Source of the DNA: Laetmonice hystrix
Lineage: Eukaryota
DNA: 64,000 bases
Assembly (NCBI GenBank): GCA_965235115.1
Contig: OZ249436.1
Location: 20,276,001 to 20,340,000, forward strand
Direction of reading: 5' to 3'
Part shown: piece after piece, positions 53,976 to 64,000 of the stretch
How positions within the stretch are numbered: position 1 is the stretch's first letter
Layout: each line of letters opens with the position of its first letter
Notes under the pieces: generated by a model
Told to the model about the DNA's origin: nothing
Databases searched by the model: none
The model's input: only the letters and a program-made list of their open reading frames with translations
Translations under genes and position numbers: made by a program

Positions 53976-54164
53976 GAACCCTTGCCATTTTTCGGAAAGA
54001 GTAAGGGATTGCCTCCCGGTTGCATATTTCTTTCTCATCCTCATCGTCTGGGATTCAAGGGTAAAATAGGTCCATTGACTGAATTGAATGGTTCCTATCG
54101 CCCTGAATATAACTGAAATACTGTCGTCAGGGCGTAAAACCTCCAATTCACTCACTCACTCACT
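53930..54164 (+). mobile_element. Nin/Deu-domain-like SINE, 5'-truncated
   Basis: taaaagaacccttgccatttttcggaaagagtaaggg...cccggt resembles the Deu/Nin core as I recall it. The 3' end ggcgtaaaacctcca is followed by a (cact)n tail. Confidence 0.65.
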
Positions 54165-54471
54165 CTGCAATATTGATTTTATATAGCCACGGCGTCGATG
54201 GTCTTGTCAACATCATCTCCAGCGCTCACGTGTATGAAGAGGGATCTCTATTAAAGGGGCCCATCTGGGGTGTGAAATAGAATTATAATATCGACCAGTC
54301 AACAAGGTGTATCTCATTGTAGGACTTTGGTTCTCTTGGGGATCTGTATAGGATAATATGGTTTGTGAGGCACAGACGATGAACTTCATCATTTAATAAG
54401 GTTGTGGAGGGAAAAATACAAAAACGTCGATGTTTCAATAATATAGTTTTCCTCCGTTTTTTTAATTTTAG

Positions 54472-54562
54472 GTACAGATACATCAACATTATATGGTTCT
54501 GCTCAAATTGGCTCGCAATGAGTAATTCCTGCTACAACCCGTTCATCTACGGACTCCTCAAT
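54472..54562 (+). CDS. Same GPCR, TM7 exon
   Basis: Acceptor ...tttaattttag| and donor |gtaagt. ac+g=T, then YRYINIIWFCSNWLAMSNSCYNPFIYGLLN with the NPxxY motif. From memory, WLAMSNSCYNPFIYG is characteristic of leucokinin/lymnokinin receptors. Phase 2 to 0. Confidence 0.95.
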
Positions 54563-55065
54563 GTAAGTTTGAAACCACTTCTTTTGTTTTCCCAAGTATA
54601 TAAGGCTAGACATTATAATTAGAAGAAATTAAAGGATCGTTGTATGGAGACACAGACAAAGAAAAGCCGCTCCTCTTTTTCGATTGACGTCTGTATGGAT
54701 GTTATAGCTCAAGTGGTTTTATTTTGATGTGAAGTGCAACGATAAAGTGTGCATCAATATTAAAGCACCAGCCACGGTAAGCTAATACAATCCCAGACGG
54801 CGAGGTAATGTGGCATTGCATGACCATGCCGGTAGGTAGAGGTATAATGTCTTTCCGGCCGAGCCTAATATAAAACAGTAAGAGGAAAAATATATTTTTA
54901 GAAATTCTTCGTTCGCCGTTCTTAAGGAGGCATTTATCATTGCACTCTACTGCTAGGTGATTCAAAAGATGTTCACATTGACTATCATTCTAAGAAGTGT
55001 TAACATCTTTTTGAAGGATCCTGTACTTTCGTGTGTGTACATAATTCCGTGTCGGTCTCTTCCAG

Positions 55066-55293
55066 GAAAAGTTCAAGCACGCTTTCAGGAAGCTCTTCCG
55101 CACATGTCCTTGCAAATGCGCCGGGCGTGATGCGCTGAAGGAACCCTTCACTGAGCACTCCGAGGCGGGCAGTGTGAGAAAGGCAAGCTATATTAGCCCG
55201 GATGAAACGAGACTGCATGTCAACGGCGGGAAATTAAAAAAATATATGCGAGTGAGCAGAAATGAAAGTGCGACTGACCAAAGCTATCTGTAG
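55066..55293 (+). CDS. Same GPCR, last coding exon (helix 8 and C-tail)
   Basis: Acceptor ...gtctcttccag|. Reads EKFKHAFRKLFRTCPCKCAGRDALKEPF...ATDQSYL*, stop TAG at 55291-55293. Completes NPFIYGLLN-EKFK..F helix 8, followed by a Cys cluster. Confidence 0.9.
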   Translation, partial: EKFKHAFRKLFRTCPCKCAGRDALKEPFTEHSEAGSVRKASYISPDETRLHVNGGKLKKYMRVSRNESATDQSYL

Positions 55294-57864
55294 TAATTAT
55301 AGAGGAGTGTTGATGTATTTATTATATGATTGTGACAATCAGTGTTTACGAGAAGAAAAAACGGTGAACCGTGTTGAAATGATGTGCAGAAACTGAACAC
55401 GCTTGAGTGCATAAGTATCCCGAGACAATGCCATTCAAGGTGCCTTACTGAGTCAAGGAGGACTTAAAATAATGGCATGGCATATTTGTGACTATAAGGA
55501 AACTTAACTGAGAACTTGTATACATTTGATAAGCAGATTACTTTGACGACGTTCCCTTTCTTCTGGGTTTCATACGGACTACAAAATCAGTTGAAATTTT
55601 CCGAGACAGGAGGCGCCGAAAGACAGTGCTTGCCGCCACAAGTTCCGCTTGCTATACTGCTTAATAACAATCTGTCTCTCTGTGAACCGTCATAGTACAT
55701 AATGAAACGCGGAGATTTTATATTTATTTTTGGTATGACAGCCCCGAGGCCAGAGTGTATGGATATGCATACGTATTACATTGTATTGGCATGAGAAGCT
55801 GCTCGTGGCTGGTGGCAGGTCTGCGAACCACGCCTGCCCGCTGGCCACTTCAGCTGTGGTAACAAGACGATCACGTCTACACAACTACTTCCACTACAAC
55901 CCGCTTCCTGGGAGATGCAGCTGTACCATAAGACGGTCGGATTTGTACATAAAGCAACACCAGCAAAACTTACCGAGCGGCTGCATGGCTGGACATCGAC
56001 CCAAATCTGAGCAGCTGAGCTGGAGCTGCTGGCACGCTATCCTAATGACAGGGCCGTCGAAACGGTTTGCTGATATCGCCTCTCTGGACGCAGCAACCCG
56101 CGTTTCCCCCGCCTCAAATAATGATCATGTATTGAGTCATGTTTTGCCGCCACAAGTAGGTTCCTATATGGACATATGGAAACGAAAGCAGAGGTCGTGG
56201 TTCAAAGGCGCTGACAAAAATTATCTTGACCTTGTGAAAGAGGGCTTTATAATATAACATATTATGTTCTACTAACATAATACCTACTTATTCGAATGAA
56301 GAGACAACCCCCTTGAAGCAGGTTATGTCACATAAAAACATTGTGGCAACTTATATCTTATACAGCCCTATATACCGAAATGTATTGCCTCATTGAAACA
56401 GGATTAATTTCCAAGTGCTTGCTTTTGCTTTCATGCAATAGTGGATACACCCATTATAGACATGCACACATAACATTCTCGACTTGCGTGGAGATCAGAG
56501 ACGGTTAGAAAAAAAACAGCCTTCGATTTATGATCAAATGTCCTGTATTGTTGAGGACATTGATTTTTTATGTTTGTGAGTGTTGTAAAATACATGCAAG
56601 GCATCAGTTATACGATAACAATGGTACATATGTATTACCCGGGGGCTGTCAAACCTGCATAGAACTAGCTAGCGCCTGCACGACCAAGAGCTATACATTA
56701 TAGGTCGAGTTAGAGGACCCCTTACCTGTAGAACATTTCCCTATACTTAGCCGTACGTATTATTGCAATACTTAATGTACGTAATCATGTAAGTTGCCTT
56801 TCTTTTCATGACGTCTTTCCGTGACACTTTTCACAGGTCCTACTAGTTCTGGGTCCATGCAGCAGGCCCGATGACTTCCGTCAACGTCGCTTATGTAGTG
56901 CAAGCTGTGATGGTGTATAAAGTGTGTGTCTACTCGCCATAATGAACAGCCTTCCCTCTCTTCACTTCCCTCGATTATAGTTTTAGTTGACTTGGAAAAA
57001 GATACTAAACCTCGCACGGGATCTAAATGAATGCAAATATCACGCAATACTCTATACACGTGCTTCAATTATGTTGAACTTCCCATTGCATGTCAACGCC
57101 AGCATTGGAACTTTTTGTTACGGAAGATGATCAATCAAGTTGCGCTCTAAAGTGGGAATAAATTGTGAACAAGTATTAGCAGGAATGAGTTCCAATCGTA
57201 CTGGTTGCTATATATACTGGTACTTCGGCAAACCGACCGATGAAAGCGGCTGAGCTCGTCAGACACGGGAGAATCCCACTTATACCTCGCCGTCATACCT
57301 GCCGGAAATAATCCACGTTCTATTGGCACTGTCAGCAGTAGGTAATTTCAGTGGAAAAGCCAGCATTACGGAGGAATGCCGTGTGTTATTTTCCCATTCC
57401 AGTGACCATGTTGACCATGCTGGCTGTTCATTGAAATTACGCCTCCCTGACAGTGGAGAAGGACTTAGGAAATTTTAGTTTCTCGATAGTAGAGAGTAGG
57501 CGGCGTTGTTAAAAAATTCTCTGCCATACACGACGGGTATTTCCTATCACATTGGGAAAAAATAGCCAATAGGATTATAAGTACACTTGCCAACCGGATT
57601 GTGACAAAATTCAGGGCACGCGCCTAGTCCACATCCAAATATGGGAAGTCAGGTCAGGGTGCTGACATCTGGTGGCATCAGCCCGCAGATGTCTTTGGGT
57701 CCAGTCCGTATATCCCGCTTATGGATAGGAGGACTTGTGGTCGAGTCTAATCATGCACGGGGAAAAAGAAAAGCGAGGACATTTAACACTTGTATTTTAA
57801 AGGGATTGACGAAAATATCTGTATCTTGTTGGAGAAAATGTAGGGTACGGAACTACCTCATTTA

Positions 57865-58165
57865 CGTCCATGTTTTCGATGGGCCAATCACAATGCTCGC
57901 TTCGATTAGCCTTCACCAGGCTCAATATACGTAGTCAATATAGAGCTGGGGACCAGGCTAAAGTTTAAATAAAGAAATATCATTGCTTGACGCCCCTCTT
58001 CGATAGGCCTAGGCCTACTTTATGTCACTGGTGTAGTAAGCTAACGAGTGAGGTGGCGCGCATGTTCCCATTTGGCCGTGAGTGATACGTAATCTGTGAG
58101 AGTCCTTTCTCCAAACAACCCGAAGTTTGCCGAAGATTGTCGTAAGGACTCGAGTGTGAGAATGA
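57865..58165 (+). mobile_element. Two Academ-like dispersed repeat fragments
   Basis: 57865-57960 matches 25007-25094 and ends in ggggaccaggcta. 58045-58164 matches 23075-23195. Confidence 0.6.
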
Positions 58166-60237
58166 GGTTCCCGGTCATTTACTCGCGTCGGGGCACTACT
58201 TCCGCAATATCGCCAGTTTTATATAGAGGTACGGAGATAATAACACAATCTAGGTTGGGTTGTGGGTAGGTTGAGCTGGAGGCACAAGTCAGTAGGCTGA
58301 CGAATAGTCCGGTGGAAGGACTTCCGTTTTCGTAACGCTATGGTGTGGGAGTGATACGGCCCTGGGGATTCTTACCCGTAACGTCACGGCAGTTCACTGA
58401 CTTGAGCCGAGCTGGACTTCATTGCCATCTGGAAGTCAGTGTCGGTATATGCCAGGGTCAGCTTCGGTCGGTTTTGGTAAGTTCGCTCGGTTTCCGTGAT
58501 TAGTCGCACCCCGCGAGCACTAAGCCTACTGCCAAAACAGAAACCATACTGCCAAAACAGAAACCATGCATGGTCGCGATGTACGGAAACCGGTTTTCAC
58601 GTCGACAGGCTGATAGACCTATTCTACCAAAAATAACTGGCATCTTATCTTAGATGAATTTACAAGGATGAAGGTATATCGGAGACATATTTGGTTCTAC
58701 TGTCTCCCTTTAAAAGAATGTCGAAATGCACACCTTGCTAAGGTTTATAGATAGGCGCGGACTGAATGCCCAATCCTTAATTAAATCAGTGGAAAGCGTT
58801 CTCCAGACAATCCGAACAAAAGGAGATCGCCACAGAGTCGGATCTGGACAGCACACAGTCATCTATAATGTAAGGAACAAAGAAATGTAATACCAAATAC
58901 AAATTAAGACTAAGGAATGCTTTTAAACACATGGAGCACCATTTCATGTGGCGCAGGTCTCAGGTGGATTTTGCATTCAGGAAGGAGGAATCGTAAGTGT
59001 CATTACGGGTCGAACGAGTGAAAAGACCTTTCAGTGAGTTCGGTGCCCTGGGATGCGTGCAGCTGAACCTTCTCCCAGCTGCTGCATGGTTTAGGAGTCT
59101 GGCGGGAACATAAGGAGCAAGCAGTTTGAGAAGTGGCGTGAGGAGTGGCCAATGGTCCATGGGGTGTCCATGACAGCGGCAGTCACCCCGCCCCTCCGTC
59201 TGCCTGCCCGGCTCAGCGGCCGCAGCTCTGCACCTCCTCGGTCGGCAGACCATCTATAACGTTGGTCTTGGGGCGTTGGAATCCTGTTTTCAAAATGATT
59301 AATAAGTGTTGAAGTTTTCTGTTCGCTGTCCACGTGTTTTTCAAATCCCTATGGGTTACCTATAACGTCTATGAGCTTTGAAAAATCGAATCACTAAGAG
59401 GTTACTTTATACATATCCGGCGGGCATAAAAACAAAACAAAAAAGCTATACCCTATGTCACAAGCTTCTGAAAATGTACAGGAATTATTCACTAATCTCA
59501 AACGATATCCTTCCATGAGACTAAAATTAAAACACGCAGACAATTGGACACACTATTAATTTTGGTCTCAACGTTCGACCAGTTTTTTTTTATGCACACC
59601 CTACAAAAGATTTATACAGGGTATATCAATGACAATAATTCGCTTGTAAAAGAATTAACTAAGCAATTTACATGATTTAACTATAGGGGGTATAACCGTT
59701 CTGCTATACATTGACGTCTGCCTTCCAATTCTCGGATAATTGCATACCAGGGGGTAAAAGTATTTTTTGGTGTCACAGGAAGCGCTCCTGAGATGTATGA
59801 GTGATGGTTACATTTATTGCATGTAGCTAAATGTTGTATGCGCAATCGTCGGATATCGTTGTAATGTTTAGAGTTGTACCAGTTTCAACAGGAAACAGTC
59901 TTCCATAACTCATGTCTCGAACTTCTCGTATCAGAATACTCTCCGGCCCTAGTGAAAGCAACTATTCAAGCCGGTATGTGCCGTTACTATGGACTGATTA
60001 TCTGAAAGAGGAGGTCAACGTGATCGATAGATTGGTTTAGAGTTTCTCGAAGACATTATATATTATCGTTTAATATTTCTAATATTTAGAGAATGTAAGA
60101 ACACGCGCATCTCTATATATTTTTGGAAACTAAATCCTATAAACACCATAATGCTGTTGATATCGGAGTATGGGAGGCATAATTTCTTAATGTCCATTTT
60201 GTACCAATAAAATAAACTAGTATACATTAATGCGTAA

Positions 60238-60403
60238 GGGAGAGAAAGAGAGAGAGGGGGAGAGAGAGATAGAGAGAGAATGAGAGAAAGAGAGACAGAG
60301 GGAGGGAGAGAGAGGGGGAGAGGGAGAGAGAGAGAGGGTGGAGAGAGAGAGCGAGAGCGAGAGACAGGGAGACAGATAGAGAGAAAGAGAGAGAGAGAGA
60401 GAG
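60238..60403. repeat. (GA)-rich microsatellite
   Basis: Directly visible. Confidence 0.95.
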
Positions 60404-61108
60404 ATGTAAAAGGCCCCGCTGTCACGGTATGAGTAATGTTCATGTCAGCCGCTGTGGATCACAGCGCATGCGTTGGATGCCTTGAAAAAATCCATGCCAG
60501 CGATAATAAATTCCCTTATTTATATTTTCAGCAGTCTGCTAAAGTAGATATGGCATTGAGAGGACAAGGTCTGGTTGGTATTATGCCGTATATTCCCTCG
60601 CCATACGGCTCGGGAAATTTTACCACGGCATAGGCTACACTGTTTCGAACTCGCCACATAAATCCAATATTTGCTAATAAAGTGCGAACTAGGAAATAAT
60701 TGTATCTCACTATTTCACTTATACTGAATTAATGCTGAAGAACTCAAATTGAAAGGCAGAATTGTTATAATGATCGCCTGTAGAATTCTGCTAAATGGTT
60801 GCATGGAATCATGAGATGTTCGGGACGTAATTCAATTTAGTAAGGATTAGTTGACTAAAGAGAACAGAGGAAACCTTTTACATCCAGCACTTGTCAACGT
60901 CAACACCTCTTGTTATAACGTTTCATAATCTGTCATTTTAACTTTTATATTCACATCAACTGGGGGTCGGTTAATAAAATTCCGGTGTGAACTTTCAATA
61001 GGGCAAAACACCCTTCAGGTGTTATTGGTCCAGTATTTCAAGTTAGTGAGTTACATGGTTTAAACAAAAATTCTATTGGAATCCCCCCTAAATAACACCA
61101 GAAATATA

Positions 61109-61752
61109 TCGGGTGTCCCAGAAAAAGTGAACCGCTTTTTGACAAGTATTTTCTCAGTGATAGATAAACCGAATTCATTGAAAATTCTCACACAATAACC
61201 TTAGTCTATCATCAACAAGTCTGCAAAATATCTAAAAGATCTGACATAACTTATGCGGGTACTGTCAAATTCAAAACAGCATGTCAAAAAATCCAATATC
61301 AAAGAAAAACCCTTATTTCAGTTTATGCTCAATGTGGCCTCCATCTTCCTTCACGACTAAAGGAAGCCGTTCCTTCCAAACAGGAATGCTTTTACGTATT
61401 TCTTCCACCGATATCTTCTCCTATGGCATAATTATCCTGTCCTTTAACGCTGCCGGGGTCAATTTGTCTCTCAGTGCCCGGTAAACGTTCTCCTTCAGAG
61501 AGTTCCATATAGCATAATCCATGAACATGATGGTGATGGTCAGATTGCACAGTTTTGATATAGGATTTTTTGACATGTTGTTTTGAATTTGACAATACTC
61601 GCATAAGTTATGTCAGATCTTTTAGATATTTTGCTTTTAGACTTGTTGATGATACCCTAAGGTTACTGTGTGAAAAATTTCAATGAATTCGGTTTACCTA
61701 TCACTGAGAAAATACTTGTCAAAAAGCGGTTCACTTTTTCTGGGACACCCGA
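61109..61752 (-). mobile_element. Internally deleted Tc1/mariner element with ~195-bp TIRs
   Basis: TA|tcgggtgtcccagaaaaagtgaaccgc ... gcggttcactttttctgggacacccga|TA. The interior minus strand reads MDYAIWNSLKENVYRALRDKLTPAALKDRIIMP*EKISVEEIRKSIPVWKERLPLVVKEDGGHIEHKLK*, a transposase C-terminus. Confidence 0.9.
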
Positions 61753-61792
61753 TATATGGGGTTCCTGCTCTCAATATAGTATAGGAATGTAT

Positions 61793-62301
61793 ACTGTTAA
61801 GCTGCCCCAATCGACAGACGTAATGATGCCATACTGTGCACTGTTAAGCTGCCCCAATCGATAGACGTAATAATGCCATACTGTGCACTGTTAAGCTGCC
61901 CCAATCGACAGACAAAATGATGTCATACTCTGCACTGTTAAGCTGCTCTAATCGACAGGCATAATGATGTCATACTGTGCACTGTTAAGCTGCCCATTCG
62001 ACAGGCATAATGATGTCATACTCTGCACTGTTAAGCTGCCCCAATCGATAGACGTAATGATGCCATACTGTGCACTGTTAAGCTGCCCTAATCGACAGAC
62101 ATAATGATGTCATACTGTGTACTGTTAAGCTGCCCTAATCGACAGGTTTATGATGTCATACTGTGCACTGTTAAGCTGCCCATTCGACAGGCATAATGGT
62201 GTCATACTGTGCACTGTTAAGCTGCCCTATTCGACAGACATAATGATGTCATACTGTGCACTGTTAAGCTGCCCAAATCGACATACATAATGACGTCATA
62301 C
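61793..62301. repeat. 47-bp minisatellite, ~11 copies
   Basis: Unit actgttaagctgccc(c/t)aatcgacagacataatgatgtcatactgtgc. Unrelated to the 19.8-kb 47-mer. Confidence 0.93.
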
Positions 62302-64000
62302 TATAGTCAGTTTTTATTAGGTTCCTTTGTCTTGTCTTTTATCAGAAGTCGTCGAAGATACTTAAAGAGGCAGGCAAAGTTCCTCACAAACGTACTTTCA
62401 CCAGTAACACCATGTGAAGTGTCTAAGGTCGCGCCGATAAGTTGAACACTGTCTAAGGCGACTTTTAAAAATACCGTATTGGTCATTCGCTATTTTCACA
62501 CGCGTTACGCCGCCACTGGCTTTATGGGACACTCACTCACTCACTAACTACGACTGCACTACTGACTGTGTACTCTTACCGGTGACAGCAGATACCTTTT
62601 TCTCTCTCTTCACACCCTTATTGGGGCATGTTAACAAATACAGAGTTTGTGTGCGGCTATCGTTTGCAACCCTCTCTGAAATCGTCAATGAATCTGTCGC
62701 CATCATGGGCATGTTTCTGGTAAAAGTGGAATCGCAGTGGGACGTGAATAGCGGCACCCTGGCTGGGAATCTGCATGGTTCGTTCCGCCTGGCGGCCACA
62801 TAACAATTCGTGGACAAGTAGGGCAGACAAGCAGACGAAGCCAGCGGGAGAATGCCTAGCTACATTTAAGTTGATTATTCCTTTATTAATGATCAGACCA
62901 TCACAGGATTGTAGGTAGGAACAAGCTTGTTCATGCAGAACACCTTTATATTGATAGTTTGAACTTTTCCTGTAGGTTTAAACTGAATCTAAATAGACTG
63001 ATTTTTGTCCACGAAGAATGCGTTCAGTGCTTTCACTGTTTGACTATTGCGCAAGTAACGTCGAACAGGTTGGCTTTGCCTGTTTCCAACTCAACAAACT
63101 AAGAATTCTAGTGAATAAATTGACATTTTGTCGTGGCACGCCTTCTCCGGTTTTACATTATATTGATTAAATGAATTTATATTAATTTTAGTGTAAATTT
63201 AATTTGATCAGTTAGTAGTAGGGAAATTTGTCCATTTTCAATTATCGTTTTTGTAACACGAATAATGGCCCCCTTCTGTTATTTGTCGTAACTTCTGGCC
63301 GCAATAGTTCACACCGCCCCGTTTTCTCATGCTGAAAGTCGCGCTCTCTAAAATGGCCACATTTTTTGTAAAGCAGACTCAGTGATGAGACCTCCAGCCG
63401 GTCAGCCAGCAGTCGCTCGGTGTGAAATATGTACAGTGAGCAGAAGTCCTACAGTACCCGGTCATTTACCTTGGTTAGAGTACAATACAATTGTCAAAAG
63501 GACCCCTGACTTCACAACTGGGATGCCAAGTTTATGCATATTGCTGCTGTCCATATTGCACCGCACTGTCATAGCAAAATCTTGTTTTAGAAACTCCATG
63601 GCGCTTTCCAGATTAATTGGCAGAATCAGTTAAATGAGACTCAGAACGATCAGTTTTTATGCATGCATAGAAGCCTTTCTTAAAAGATTAAAACTGTTTT
63701 GCAATGGAAATAACATTACTTAATTATGTTTTCAACATAATTCCGTGTAATTTACATGTATTGATTATGCTCGTGTATAACATCCCATTGTCTCAAAAAA
63801 CTTTTGTTTTAGAAGCGCTAATCATATTACTTTTCCAGACTAATTAGAAGAATTAGATAAATTTGCATGTGCCTAGCTAGTCAGGCACTGTGCAAACATT
63901 AGATTTGTCTGGCTTTTTCAAACAGCCGTATTATGAGAAAGTGACACCCGGCCAGAAAATGGTAAGGAGGGCAAAGGCATAGCGTTAAGGCAGCTAGGGC

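Overview
Eukaryotic, repeat-rich invertebrate genomic DNA, most likely a lophotrochozoan (mollusc-like); it is not prokaryotic, and most of the ORF track is noise. The only confident gene is the 3' half of a class A neuropeptide GPCR of the leucokinin/lymnokinin receptor type on the + strand. It has three exons (34791-34891, 54472-54562, 55066-55293) that splice in frame with GT-AG introns, and I found no TM1-TM5 exons in the window. The rest is intronic or intergenic DNA. It holds about ten unrelated minisatellites, many short palindromic MITEs (TA, TWA, TTAA, CWG and 8-bp target duplications, some nested), SINE pieces, two Tc1/mariner transposase remnants and a RecQ-like helicase fragment in Academ-like DNA. 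I see no clear new biological system. The most unusual items are a 58-bp satellite amplified from a SINE body (tandem TATAAAA plus AP-1 motifs just upstream of the receptor's TM7 exon) and a 47-bp satellite built almost entirely of two abutting hairpins.
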